IMG/VR virus record: IMGVR_UViG_3300027793_000052
Span: 124,001-188,000 of that record
Length of the DNA: 64,000 nt
Reading direction: 5' to 3' (one strand)
The position numbers and the translations under genes were made by a program. Positions 36,789-47,322 of the stretch are shown here, in pieces. The notes under the pieces are model-generated. The model ran no database searches, had not been told where the DNA came from, and was given only the letters and a program-made list of their open reading frames with translations. The first letter of the stretch is position 1. Each line of letters opens with the position of its first letter.

Positions 36789-38363
36789 TTATTTATTATT
36801 ATTTAAGTGGTAATCTAACCAATAGTTATATGTTTTTAAATCGTTAGGTGTGCCCCAACAAATATAATCCTCAACCTCAAATACTTTTACGTTTAAATTA
36901 TCGTTAATATTTTGGTTCAATATATCGTCAACATAGAACTCACCGTTAGTTCTAACATTTTCTTTATAATTCTTATGTAAACCATCTATAAAATATTTAG
37001 CCTTCCTGAAAAACATAGTACCTATTATAGCGTGTGTTTTTAAAGGATTATCATATATAAATTTTTTACATGACACATGTTTTATATTATTATTATCATC
37101 TACATCCAACCAAGCGTATGCGTTAGGATTTACCTTACTTGTTTGATTGTTTCTAAAAGACCAAACTATAATGTCTATGGTTTCATCTTTTAACATCTCA
37201 TTACATATTTCTGTGTTATAATATATACCATTATCACACGCAGATATTAATATAGGGTTATCTAAATTAACATCTTTAAGACCTATTTCACAAGTACAAG
37301 CCTGACCTTCAGTAACACCATCAATACCTATAACATCAGAATACCTGTTAAAATTTTTCAAAACCTCATCTATACCATATTCTTGTATATGTTCATTTCT
37401 TACTATGAAAACATTTTTATCACAGTTAGGTAAGTTTTCTATTGCCTTTATGACCATAGGTTTATTATCTACAGTTATAAGTGGTTTTGGCAAACCATAA
37501 CCCTCCTCACTGAACCTACTACCGTTACCAGCCATTGGTAATATTAACGTGGTATTCTTTGGACAAGATATGTTTTTCATCTTAGGTTTTTTGAAGAAAT
37601 CGGACCAACTATTATATGTTTCCAAATCATAAGGTGTCCCCCATTGTAACATTTTGTTTATTTCAAATATTAAAACAGATAAACCATCACGAACTAACAG
37701 ATTATAAACCAAACTAACATAGAACTCACCTTTTATATTCACATTTAAATCGACTAATTCTTTGAAATATTTTTTTAAGATATTTAAATTCTTAAAATAA
37801 TAGGTTCCGTTAGAGGCATATTCATTCATTTTATTATTGGTGAATGGTTCCTTTTCTTTTATCTCTAATAATTCATTTTTTTTGTTAGTTTTACAAAAGG
37901 CATAATTATCATTACCTAACATATGTGGGTGAAATCCTGTATAACAAGGTATAGCACCGTCATAGTTGTTATTTCTAACATCATTCAAAAATTTATTATA
38001 ATCCCATACAGTACCGTAATCACAATAACTAACAATTATATCCCTATCATTCTCTAAATGTAAAAAATCCACAATTTGGTTTATAGCATCAACAGGGCCT
38101 TTCCTATCTTCTATAGATACTTCATATATTTTACAATTTGGTGATATGCTCTTAAGTATGTTTGACGTATTAGTTTCAGACAAATGTTTTTTATTACATA
38201 TAAAAATAACATCTTCTGGGTTATCGAATAATTCTACAACATGTTGAATTATTGGTTTACCGTCAACAACTATTAATGGTTTTGGTTCTAAATAACCGGC
38301 CTCAATAAATCTTTTACCAATACCAGACATGGGTATTATTATTTGTGGTTTTTTTGTTAACAT
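36789..38363 (-). CDS. Tandem (two-domain) sugar-phosphate nucleotidyltransferase
   Basis: IIIPMSGIGKRF..GY..PKPLI.VDGKP and LILPMAGNGSRF..GY..PKPLI.VDNKP; both halves end in WGTPxDL. Confidence 0.85.
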   Translation of the reverse strand: MLTKKPQIIIPMSGIGKRFIEAGYLEPKPLIVVDGKPIIQHVVELFDNPEDVIFICNKKHLSETNTSNILKSISPNCKIYEVSIEDRKGPVDAINQIVDFLHLENDRDIIVSYCDYGTVWDYNKFLNDVRNNNYDGAIPCYTGFHPHMLGNDNYAFCKTNKKNELLEIKEKEPFTNNKMNEYASNGTYYFKNLNILKKYFKELVDLNVNIKGEFYVSLVYNLLVRDGLSVLIFEINKMLQWGTPYDLETYNSWSDFFKKPKMKNISCPKNTTLILPMAGNGSRFSEEGYGLPKPLITVDNKPMVIKAIENLPNCDKNVFIVRNEHIQEYGIDEVLKNFNRYSDVIGIDGVTEGQACTCEIGLKDVNLDNPILISACDNGIYYNTEICNEMLKDETIDIIVWSFRNNQTSKVNPNAYAWLDVDDNNNIKHVSCKKFIYDNPLKTHAIIGTMFFRKAKYFIDGLHKNYKENVRTNGEFYVDDILNQNINDNLNVKVFEVEDYICWGTPNDLKTYNYWLDYHLNNNK

Positions 38364-38833
38364 AACCCCTTCTTTTTTAATTGATTTTCAGCATGTAATA
38401 CATAATCGGAACAAACAGCGTATACAACATCTTTGTTATAATCATCTATGTCTTGAATATTTAAAAGTGGTATTATTGTCGATTTACTAGATAAGTTCCT
38501 AGTTAAATCATGTACCCATATAAATTTATTACTAGTCAAAACATAAGGATCTGAATTATGACAAAAAAACATAAAACCACCAATTTCTATTAATTTATTG
38601 GCTGAATCTAAATCTTTACAATGAATCCATAATTTTTCTTTTCTCAATTTCAACCATGTTTCTGACACTTCATAATCTGGGGTGTCATGACCCAAATAAA
38701 ATTTATCACAGATATATCTTAAATCAATTTCAACCTCATAACCAGCAGAAATGGCTGTATCTATATAAGACGGTGAGTTTTCTCTATCTATCTTTGGTCC
38801 TTGTATATTACCCCTATGAGAAATTAACTTCAT
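38357..38833 (-). CDS. GDPD/PLC-like phosphodiesterase
   Basis: ISHRGN..EN, VEIDL, LGHD, WIHCK, AVCSDY. Confidence 0.72.
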   Translation of the reverse strand: MKLISHRGNIQGPKIDRENSPSYIDTAISAGYEVEIDLRYICDKFYLGHDTPDYEVSETWLKLRKEKLWIHCKDLDSANKLIEIGGFMFFCHNSDPYVLTSNKFIWVHDLTRNLSSKSTIIPLLNIQDIDDYNKDVVYAVCSDYVLHAENQLKKKGLC

Positions 38834-39123
38834 ATTTCTTCTATTCTTAATGTTTTATCATCGATAAACAAATCGTAATAAGGTTTATTAACATTCAATT
38901 CGTGGTGTTTAGCACCCCATTCTAATAATTGTTTTTTAGTTAATTCATACCAATTTATTTGTGTTCTACTACCACGTGCTGTCCAATAAACTATAGTATA
39001 ACCTTTATCATATAATTTATTAATCTTATCTATATTTTCTGTTATTGGTTTTGCGTTGAAATAATTTCTTGGTGAGGGTGTCTCACAAATAGTTTCATCT
39101 ATATCCACGTATATAACTTTCAT
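38830..39123 (-). CDS. Capsule-biosynthesis-type HAD phosphatase
   Basis: YVDIDETIC, YWTARG, KP.YDLFIDDK. Confidence 0.8.
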   Translation of the reverse strand: MKVIYVDIDETICETPSPRNYFNAKPITENIDKINKLYDKGYTIVYWTARGSRTQINWYELTKKQLLEWGAKHHELNVNKPYYDLFIDDKTLRIEEI

Positions 39124-39818
39124 GTTAAATTTTCTTGTCTATATTTTTCTTGCTTATCCTTCAATAAATCTATAACCTGTTTTTTTGTTAAAAAATTAGA
39201 ATAATTGGTGTTTTGTATAAAAACCTCGGCAGATTTTTCACAAATTTCTGATGATATTAAACACTCTTCGATGTTTTTACCACAAGTGATTATGCCGTGA
39301 TTTTGTAACAATATGAGTTTTGGGAAATATCCCTCCTTTTTAATGAAGTTCTCGACATATTTTTTAACCATTATGGTTAATTCATCACCAGGTTTAACGT
39401 ATGGTATTAAACAAGATTTACCACCGTTAAATACTACCTGATCTGGAAATAATCTATATTTAGCAAATGTTTCAGAGTGTGTACTACATAATATTTTTAA
39501 TGTATTTACCGGGTGAGTGTGTGATACAAAATTAATATCATCAAAACTCAACAAGTATGTATGGAAACCTAACTCCATACTACCTTTTTTATTTAAATTA
39601 GATATTTGTTTACCTTCTGAGTCGAAATCAACTAAATCATCCTCAGACAAATTAGATAGTTTAGTGCCACTAGCTTTTATCACTATCAAATAATTTTGTG
39701 GTGTTTTTATCTTGGTTGAAACGTTTCCTTCGACACCTACACAAAACTTAGATACTTTTTTAGACAATTCTAACAATTTTATTTTATTCTCAAACATACC
39801 AAATATTACCAATTTCAT
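39120..39818 (-). CDS. Class II aldolase/epimerase (adducin-like)
   Basis: GVEGNVS, IKASG, SMELGFH, VSHTHP, LLQNHGII. Confidence 0.8.
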   Translation of the reverse strand: MKLVIFGMFENKIKLLELSKKVSKFCVGVEGNVSTKIKTPQNYLIVIKASGTKLSNLSEDDLVDFDSEGKQISNLNKKGSMELGFHTYLLSFDDINFVSHTHPVNTLKILCSTHSETFAKYRLFPDQVVFNGGKSCLIPYVKPGDELTIMVKKYVENFIKKEGYFPKLILLQNHGIITCGKNIEECLISSEICEKSAEVFIQNTNYSNFLTKKQVIDLLKDKQEKYRQENLT

Positions 39819-41038
39819 TCACCATTGTAAATAGTTGTGATTAAATCTTTAACATTAAGAGTCCATTCAGAATTTAAACCGTTATCTAATGGTTTACAAT
39901 ATTTTTTATTTAAAATTTTATTTTCATATTTTGTTTGATTATTCCACCCTGCTACAAAATTTTTAGAATAACTTATAGTTAGTTCATCTTCAGATACATC
40001 AATAATTTCACCAATAACATCATTACACTTAACTCTCATATATTTTTTAAATAAATCGTTAGATACATGTGATGTTTCTGTGAAATATGACACATTAACA
40101 TTACTGAATGAGTATTTAAACCTGTTATTAACGTCTAAGAATGTTGGTGATATTATTGATAATACTTTTGTTTGTGGTTTAGAAAATAGAACGTTACACA
40201 TACCACCACCAATTGAACCAACCACATATTCTACTTGTGAAAATAACAATATCTTCTCAACGGTAGTTAAATTTTCGGTGAAAACCTCTACAAATCCTTG
40301 TTTAACTAGAGACTCTACTAACTCATCCTCATTGATTAATTTCCTTCTTGTGGTATAATTAGTACCTATATTGGTGAAGTCGTTATGCATCCAACTTCTT
40401 CTAGATACATATATTTTTTTAGGTTGATTATTATAATCCACAACGGATTTGGTGACTTTACCTACTATGTGTTTATATAATTGGTAAACTTCATACCTTG
40501 GTGGTAGATTTGAATCTATACCGTGAGTATATGAATTTGATATGTAAATTTCTTTATAGACAGTGTTTGAATCACAAATAACTACATCCCCCACAACATC
40601 AATATCTAATAAATTTAAAAATTCTAAAACAAATGGGTAAAATTTATTATTATTTTCAGCGGGGTAGTTCATTAATAATTTTATACTGGGTATTTCTTTT
40701 TTAATAAATTTATAACTCATTAAATAAGGTAAAGTATCATATATAAAATGGTAGTAATTATCTGTATTATATACAAAATAAAAAACAGGTGTATTAAGTA
40801 CGGTGGTTTTTACGGTGTCATTTATACTGTAGTTCTCTTGGGTGGTAACATCTTTTAGAGACATTATCTTCTCATCCATTGGGTTTATTACATTACTTTC
40901 TTTTTTTAATAAACAATTAGGGTAGTAAAGGTTTTGTCCGATTAAACTTACATCCGTTATTTTATATAAATTAATTTCCCTATTGTTACGGTCTTTTTTG
41001 TGAATGTTTTTATATAAAAAATTACTATCTAAAAACAT
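39815..41038 (-). CDS. Glycosyltransferase family 61 (DUF563)-like
   Basis: NYYHFIYDTLP, KKIYVSRR, RKLINEDEL, VVGSIGGGMCNVLF. Confidence 0.78.
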   Translation of the reverse strand: MFLDSNFLYKNIHKKDRNNREINLYKITDVSLIGQNLYYPNCLLKKESNVINPMDEKIMSLKDVTTQENYSINDTVKTTVLNTPVFYFVYNTDNYYHFIYDTLPYLMSYKFIKKEIPSIKLLMNYPAENNNKFYPFVLEFLNLLDIDVVGDVVICDSNTVYKEIYISNSYTHGIDSNLPPRYEVYQLYKHIVGKVTKSVVDYNNQPKKIYVSRRSWMHNDFTNIGTNYTTRRKLINEDELVESLVKQGFVEVFTENLTTVEKILLFSQVEYVVGSIGGGMCNVLFSKPQTKVLSIISPTFLDVNNRFKYSFSNVNVSYFTETSHVSNDLFKKYMRVKCNDVIGEIIDVSEDELTISYSKNFVAGWNNQTKYENKILNKKYCKPLDNGLNSEWTLNVKDLITTIYNGE

Positions 41039-41766
41039 TAGAAACCCTTTTTATACATATAAGCTGTGGGTGCAATCCAGTTTGTACTTTTTAAACTAAA
41101 ATCTATACCTTTTTCTTTTAAAAACTTCTCTACACCTTTACTTTCCGTGAATTTATGGTATTCAAATTCATCAAACAAAATTACGCCACCAGGTAAAATT
41201 CTGTCCCAAAGATATTTTAAAGCAAAATAAGTGGGTCTATCTAAATCAACATCTATATATAACATTGAAATTCTAAAACCAGGATTTTCTTCTAAAAATC
41301 TTGGTATTGATGTCTCTACATCACCTTTTATTAATTCGTATTTATCGGTAGATATTTTAGTACCCAATAATCTACCTTTCACTGATTCCAAAGATAGGTC
41401 ATCTACATTAACTCTATTGTATACTATATTCATAGATTCTTTATCTAATTTACTATCTTTATTTAAAATTTCATCGGCCTCAACAGTACCAAAAATATCA
41501 AATCCTAATACTTTTTTATTTGAGTTTGGGCAATAAACTTCTATAAATTTTGAAAATGTGGCAATACCCGAACCTTTAAACACCCCTACCTCTACTATAT
41601 CACCAGGAATATCTTTAATATTTAAAAAGTGTTGGAATCTATGTAACAGTTTACCAACTAGCTTAGTATCTTCTGAAAATATAAAATCATTAAATGATTT
41701 ATAAATTTCATCTTTTGGGTTATTTTTTGTATTCTTATTTGTTATATCTATTATCGTATTTTTCAT
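41038..41766 (-). CDS. TylF/MycF-family sugar O-methyltransferase
   Basis: PGDIVEVGVFKG, GFDIF, LIKGDV, LYIDVDL..PT, GGVILFDEF. Confidence 0.85.
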   Translation of the reverse strand: MKNTIIDITNKNTKNNPKDEIYKSFNDFIFSEDTKLVGKLLHRFQHFLNIKDIPGDIVEVGVFKGSGIATFSKFIEVYCPNSNKKVLGFDIFGTVEADEILNKDSKLDKESMNIVYNRVNVDDLSLESVKGRLLGTKISTDKYELIKGDVETSIPRFLEENPGFRISMLYIDVDLDRPTYFALKYLWDRILPGGVILFDEFEYHKFTESKGVEKFLKEKGIDFSLKSTNWIAPTAYMYKKGF

Positions 41767-41767
41767 A

Positions 41768-42493
41768 TTATTTTTTTATAATAAAAATTATTTCTGAATA
41801 TCGACCTTTTTCTAAATTAAATTCTAATATGTTATCATTTAAATATTCGATCTCATCTTTTGCCATAAAATCTGATTCTATCTTACCAGTCTTTAGGTAA
41901 TTTTCTGCCATCCATAAAGTAGTTTTATCTGTACTAGGACCCTGATTATACCTTCCATCTCTTGATGTAAATAAATCTTCAATTACAAATAATCCACCAG
42001 ATTTTAAATGTTTAAACATAAAACCTAAAAAAATTTGTTGCCCTGCCATAGTATGTGGACCGTCATCAATTATAATATCATAGTCAGAGCCAAATGTATT
42101 TATTACATGGTCTAACCCTATTTTTCCCCCTTCCATGTTGGTGTGGATATTTTTTAAAAAAGTATTTTCATAGTTTTGAAAATCACTGCTTGTTCTTATT
42201 TCACAATTACAACAAGTAGTTTTTATATTTTTATAATGTCTATCCAAAACAGTGTGGTCTACTAAATCTAACCCATATATTGTTGCATCGGGGTAATATT
42301 CCGACCAAGTTCTTAATGAGGCACCACAAGTATCTATTTGTGGAACTGCTGTAGTAGAATAAATTCCAAGTTCTAATATTTTATTTGGGGACTTAATATA
42401 CTTATCAAAATATTTTTGATAATGTTGGGTATACTGATGATCTAAACTACTTTTATCAGTATTGTGTTTAACAGCTAATTCGTCTATTGTCAT
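41768..42493 (-). CDS. Class I SAM-dependent methyltransferase (sugar O-methyltransferase-like)
   Basis: TDKSS..HQY..Y, ILELG, DIIIDDGPH, GGLFVIED. Confidence 0.8.
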   Translation of the reverse strand: MTIDELAVKHNTDKSSLDHQYTQHYQKYFDKYIKSPNKILELGIYSTTAVPQIDTCGASLRTWSEYYPDATIYGLDLVDHTVLDRHYKNIKTTCCNCEIRTSSDFQNYENTFLKNIHTNMEGGKIGLDHVINTFGSDYDIIIDDGPHTMAGQQIFLGFMFKHLKSGGLFVIEDLFTSRDGRYNQGPSTDKTTLWMAENYLKTGKIESDFMAKDEIEYLNDNILEFNLEKGRYSEIIFIIKK

Positions 42494-42506
42494 ATTGTTT
42501 TTTTTA

Positions 42507-43241
42507 TTAAGAGTGTTCGTATTTTAAAGCCCAAGAATGATCGTTTGGGTATGACGTATAACCATATTTCTCTACAATCATAGGGAAATCACGTTCAAAA
42601 AAATATAAATCAAATTTATGTTCAACACCTAATGTAAGTAGATTTTTTTGAAAAAAGTCTTCAATAACATCATTTAGGAAATTTTTTATAATAGAACCTT
42701 TTATTGTGTAAAAAGTATAATGACCAGTTAAATCTGAACATCTATTAAAATGATTACCAATTAATATGTGTTTTAAATTATTTTCAACATAATCTTTATT
42801 CTTAGGTAGTTGCCTTATCATCCAAGGCATAAATAAACCTAAACGATCATTATTATCAAATAAAGTTTCTATATCCTTTCTTTTTGAGTGGAATATTTTA
42901 TATACTGAACTTCTTAACGTACTACCAGATGTGACACCTTTTGTATGCATAAACCATAATAATTTATGTTCTAAACCAATTTTTTTGTATAATTTTAAAG
43001 CCGTTTGATATGCGGAGGCGTCTGATTTGATCACCTTATCATCTTCTGTGATTTCATAATATATATTCAATCTATCTTTATAAGATTCTATGGTTTCAAC
43101 CCACTCTCTACAAGATGGATTAATCCCTATGAAAATATCACAATCTTTAAAATGTTCACATATTTTATCTAACATTTCTATACCAATGTGTAACCTATCA
43201 ACTGTAGGTACATAGGTCGCGAATATTACGGCATCTTTCAT
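42507..43241 (-). CDS. Hypothetical glycan-biosynthesis protein (RgpF-like HTKG motif)
   Basis: WFMHTKG, FFERDF; context. Confidence 0.45.
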   Translation of the reverse strand: MKDAVIFATYVPTVDRLHIGIEMLDKICEHFKDCDIFIGINPSCREWVETIESYKDRLNIYYEITEDDKVIKSDASAYQTALKLYKKIGLEHKLLWFMHTKGVTSGSTLRSSVYKIFHSKRKDIETLFDNNDRLGLFMPWMIRQLPKNKDYVENNLKHILIGNHFNRCSDLTGHYTFYTIKGSIIKNFLNDVIEDFFQKNLLTLGVEHKFDLYFFERDFPMIVEKYGYTSYPNDHSWALKYEHS

Positions 43242-43244
43242 ACT

Positions 43245-44663
43245 CTAATTATAATTAACGTTCATTATAAAATAAAGTATATAATCGTAGTAATTACCGA
43301 CCTTAAAATGTGGTTTTAAGTTTTTAAACCCACAATAAGTATCGAATGTTAGTACATTAAATTTAATATTTGTTTCCCTAATAAATGGTATACCATCACC
43401 CATCAATTCATCTACCACTTTATCTATGTTGTATTTTTTATTTATACATAATTTCAATTTCAGACCATCATTTTCATGAAAATTTATTATAATATCAGAT
43501 AAATCTTTCTGTGGTAGAATGTATTTTTCATAATCTACACGTCTACCCTCAATCTGTTTTAAAACTTTATCCATACTATAACCACGTTCTACAACATCTC
43601 TTTGTATTTTCCACTTTTTTTTAAGTTCACTATCAGTATCTATGAATATTTTTAAATTGTATATACTATCATTTTGTACATATAAACTGTGTAAACCACA
43701 AACTATTATATTATCGGATGATTCTATATACTCTTTTTCTGTAAACTTACCTGTTTTGTGATCATAATCAACTTGATATATGTCTTTACCTATTTTTAAA
43801 TCAAAGATGTCGTCGTTCATTTTGGTGATGAAATTAGCTTCTGGGTTTAAATGTGTTAAGTCTTTCCATTTATCATGACCCCTTTCCCATTTATGATATC
43901 TATCACACTCCAACATTAGAGAATTTGAAAAATATTTTTTTAGTAAATTACCTAGTGTAGTCTTACCAGAACCAGAATCACCAGCAATGGCGAAAACATT
44001 ACACATAGATAAAATAACCATATAATCTATATGTAATTCTTTGTACTTTATACCATATTCCACCAAATACCAATATAATAATGTTTCAGACACATTACCA
44101 TATTTTTTTGTCATATAATCTAAATGAGTATATAAAGAAAAATATTCATTCATAACTTTAGAGTTACCGTAAGCTATTATATCACATAGATATTTGTCAT
44201 CTATTTTAGTTAATTTATTTTTATCTATCTTACTGTCCTTAGGTATGTAAACAACATCTTTCAATGGATCATCTATTATTAATCCATCAGATATTAAATC
44301 CAAATCTGGTCTATATTTTATAACCAAATCATAGTCACCAAATTTAGTTTCATTATCTATTTTAATTTGGTTAAGTTTGAAAAATTTGAACCACTTATTA
44401 TATAAACTATTTTTCTCTTTATCTTCAAACCATTCTATATTTGGTTCATATATTAAAGCTATAGGGTTCAACATTTTAGAAATGTAACCTATCTCTTGTG
44501 ATTCGTTTATGTTGTTTAAATATTTGTCCTCTTCTGATTCATTTTTAGTTATATGCATATAAACATCTACCCTGTCAAATTTATCAATAATTTTTTCCTT
44601 GATATTGGGTATGTTGTTTTTAAAACTTCTTAAGTATCCAGAAATTAATAGAGCAACTTTCAT
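43245..44663 (-). CDS. Fusion of a putative glycosyltransferase and a phosphoribulokinase/uridine kinase family domain
   Basis: N-terminal ALLISGYLRSF...YDLVIKYRPDL...CDIIAYG; C-terminal AGDSGSGKTT, DRYHKW, NPEAN, YDHKTGKF, RDVVERG. Confidence 0.78.
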   Translation of the reverse strand: MKVALLISGYLRSFKNNIPNIKEKIIDKFDRVDVYMHITKNESEEDKYLNNINESQEIGYISKMLNPIALIYEPNIEWFEDKEKNSLYNKWFKFFKLNQIKIDNETKFGDYDLVIKYRPDLDLISDGLIIDDPLKDVVYIPKDSKIDKNKLTKIDDKYLCDIIAYGNSKVMNEYFSLYTHLDYMTKKYGNVSETLLYWYLVEYGIKYKELHIDYMVILSMCNVFAIAGDSGSGKTTLGNLLKKYFSNSLMLECDRYHKWERGHDKWKDLTHLNPEANFITKMNDDIFDLKIGKDIYQVDYDHKTGKFTEKEYIESSDNIIVCGLHSLYVQNDSIYNLKIFIDTDSELKKKWKIQRDVVERGYSMDKVLKQIEGRRVDYEKYILPQKDLSDIIINFHENDGLKLKLCINKKYNIDKVVDELMGDGIPFIRETNIKFNVLTFDTYCGFKNLKPHFKVGNYYDYILYFIMNVNYN

Positions 44664-44666
44664 GTA

Positions 44667-45476
44667 TTAACTAAATGGTCTACCACAATTTCTTAGATTA
44701 TATTTGTTAACTATTTCTGTATACTCTTCAGCTGCATCAATATATGTGTGACCAAACTCACATTTCCATGTACCATCAAATCTCAACAATCTACGATAAT
44801 GTGTTATGTGTATGTATTTGTAAAAAGGTAAACTATTCATATAACCACAACGTAATGTGTGGTTTACTGAATATAAATTATAAATCTTAAATTTTGTACA
44901 ATAATTTTGTACATCACCATATTCTATATCTCTATAAGTCCTACCCTTAAATGTTTCAAATACTTCAATAAGTGAATTTCTATTCCATATAGATGGGTTA
45001 ACATTATAAATATAAGTATCGGGATTTGTATGTAACCCTAAACACATATCATCATTATCTATTTCATTAAACTCAATATGAGGCCATTCTTCAACTTTTT
45101 TATCTTTTAAAATTTTTATAAACCTACCTGATTGACCCCCATTTGGTTGTAAATCAATCCTATCAATAGATTCTAATTCCATTAATTGGATAAATTTATC
45201 TAAAATAGATTCGTCACGTTTTAAAGGGACATCAACTTCATGTGTGAATAATATATATTTAGAGTCTATTTTACTTAAAGCCTCAGAAACTTTATTGGTG
45301 TAAGGCAGAGAATCGTCATAAAATAAAACTTTTTTAAATTTAGAATATATATCATGTTCATGATTACTTTTATTTATCAAAAGTATTTTATTATCAACAT
45401 TTTCTAAATAGTCGTAAGTTATTTTTAGTAAATCTAAAAACTCTGTGTGTGAGTATATTACATAAGTTAACTCCAT
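44667..45476 (-). CDS. Putative glycosyltransferase
   Basis: GT-A-like N-terminus; likely start MELTY at 45476; context. Confidence 0.5.
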   Translation of the reverse strand: MELTYVIYSHTEFLDLLKITYDYLENVDNKILLINKSNHEHDIYSKFKKVLFYDDSLPYTNKVSEALSKIDSKYILFTHEVDVPLKRDESILDKFIQLMELESIDRIDLQPNGGQSGRFIKILKDKKVEEWPHIEFNEIDNDDMCLGLHTNPDTYIYNVNPSIWNRNSLIEVFETFKGRTYRDIEYGDVQNYCTKFKIYNLYSVNHTLRCGYMNSLPFYKYIHITHYRRLLRFDGTWKCEFGHTYIDAAEEYTEIVNKYNLRNCGRPFS

Positions 45477-45477
45477 A

Positions 45478-46203
45478 TTATTTATATTTTTCTTTTGTAG
45501 GTAATCTTTGTAAAGGAGCATCTCTAGATTCATCATTTATATCTATAGATTCACCAATAAAAGCAAAATCACAAGATTTTCTGTCATGATTTAGTTTTAC
45601 ACAATTTGGTTCGTATCTAAAATACTCGTCGTGTATTAACGCATCATTTACAATATTTGGATAAATAACCTGACCAAGAAATATTTGGTCTTGGTTTCTT
45701 ATACTATCTTTTTTTGATTCTGGTGTGTTATAAATATGATTAAATTTATTTTTTAAAAATTCATCAATGTAAACATTTATTTTTTTTATAAATTCGGTTT
45801 TTTTTGCCCCCCACATACCACCATTAATTCTGTAATGATGACCTATAGGGTGGTCTCTAATTATAGAGTAATTATAATTTGAATTTTCAAACTCTCTTAT
45901 TGCTATAACATCTCTTTCAAAAACTCTAGAATCACAATCTCTAGACATCATTATAGATACGTTATCATAAGATATTGGTAAAAACCTCCAAAACATCCCT
46001 GTAAAGCTCTCATTATGGTCCATAATTTTTATTATGCCACCGTTTTTTTCTATTTGTTCAATAATATTTTTATTAACATTATCAGCACAAAAAAACATAG
46101 AATTCCAATCAGGTAAAAGTTCTTTTACCGCTTTCGCATTTTTAATGGCCCCAACAGAATATAAAGGGTCATCACCATATAAACAAAAAGATATTATTTT
46201 CAT
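45478..46203 (-). CDS. Putative glycosyltransferase (SRDCDSR/GGMWG family)
   Basis: ISFCLYG, MFWRF, SRDCDSR (DxD), IRDHP, NGGMWG, DQIFL. Confidence 0.65.
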   Translation of the reverse strand: MKIISFCLYGDDPLYSVGAIKNAKAVKELLPDWNSMFFCADNVNKNIIEQIEKNGGIIKIMDHNESFTGMFWRFLPISYDNVSIMMSRDCDSRVFERDVIAIREFENSNYNYSIIRDHPIGHHYRINGGMWGAKKTEFIKKINVYIDEFLKNKFNHIYNTPESKKDSIRNQDQIFLGQVIYPNIVNDALIHDEYFRYEPNCVKLNHDRKSCDFAFIGESIDINDESRDAPLQRLPTKEKYK

Positions 46204-46215
46204 AGTAAATAATTT

Positions 46216-47322
46216 TTAAGTATGTGTGTTAATTAGTAAATATTTTAAAATTTTATTTGAAATAAAATCAATTTGACCATCTTTTAAGTCTGGAAAACTA
46301 GGTAGTATTAGACATTCTTTTTGTAAAATGTCTGCATTAATGTTTGATGAGTCAATATTTTTTAAATATTCATGTTTATTTATATTGTAAAACATAGGTC
46401 TTGTGTCAATACCGTTTTGAAACAAATAATTTTCTAAATTTTTTTTCATCTCAACTGAAATACCTTCAAACCTAATACCAAACATCCAATTAGAATGTTT
46501 AGTATTTTTTTCTATTTTTTGTGTTAAAATATTTTTATTTGTATTAAAAATTTCTTTATATCTCATAAAAACCCTATTTTTATTTTTGATTATAAAATCA
46601 TAATCTTTTATTTGACCATACAATAATGCCGCTTGTATATTAGTCATTCTATAATTATAACCTAAAAATTTATGGATAAATTTTACGTCAGATTGTCCTT
46701 GATTTTTAACACAATTTATGTATTCGAACACTTCATCATCGTTAGTTATAAAAGCACCACCTTCCCCACTTGTTAGTGTTTTATTACCGAAAAAAGATAT
46801 AGAAGAAGCAAAACTTTCTGTTCCAGTAGGTTTATCTTCATATTGACCTAAAAACCCCTCACAATTATCTTCTAAAATAACTGTGTTTGGGAACTTTCTT
46901 TTCAATTTAGGTACATTTACAACATTACCGATATTATGTACAACTAATATTGCCGTATTTTCATCTAAATTTTCTTTAATTTTATCAATATCAAAATTCC
47001 AAGTGTTTAAATCACAATCTATAGGTATCAAACGGTAGTTCTTATCAAATAAAAAAGAGTTCCAAGCTGCAACATATACGTTATTTGGTACTATAATTTT
47101 ATTGATATTTGGGTGCTTAAATTTTAGAGCTAAGGATAACAAATGTGTCGCGGTGGTACCATTGTTAGTTAAAATTATTTTTTTACAATCCAACATTGTT
47201 TTTAACTCATTTTTAACTAAATCCAAATACTCACCTTGTGATGAGACCCAACCTGAATCAATTGCTTCATGTGCGTAACTTAAATTTTGTTTATTAAAAT
47301 ATGGTTTATAAATAGGTATCAT
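46216..47322 (-). CDS. DegT/DnrJ/EryC1/StrS PLP aminotransferase (perosamine synthase-like)
   Basis: GWVSSQG, NGTTATHL, EDNCEG, SFFGNKTLTSGEGG, GYNYRMTNIQAA. Confidence 0.92.
   Translation of the reverse strand: MIPIYKPYFNKQNLSYAHEAIDSGWVSSQGEYLDLVKNELKTMLDCKKIILTNNGTTATHLLSLALKFKHPNINKIIVPNNVYVAAWNSFLFDKNYRLIPIDCDLNTWNFDIDKIKENLDENTAILVVHNIGNVVNVPKLKRKFPNTVILEDNCEGFLGQYEDKPTGTESFASSISFFGNKTLTSGEGGAFITNDDEVFEYINCVKNQGQSDVKFIHKFLGYNYRMTNIQAALLYGQIKDYDFIIKNKNRVFMRYKEIFNTNKNILTQKIEKNTKHSNWMFGIRFEGISVEMKKNLENYLFQNGIDTRPMFYNINKHEYLKNIDSSNINADILQKECLILPSFPDLKDGQIDFISNKILKYLLINTHT

Noticed and set aside
43245-44000. Phosphoribulokinase as a Calvin-cycle (carbon-fixation) auxiliary gene
   Set aside because: The domain is fused to a glycosyltransferase-like domain inside a glycan operon, with no Rubisco-pathway context; family membership does not establish Ru5P specificity.
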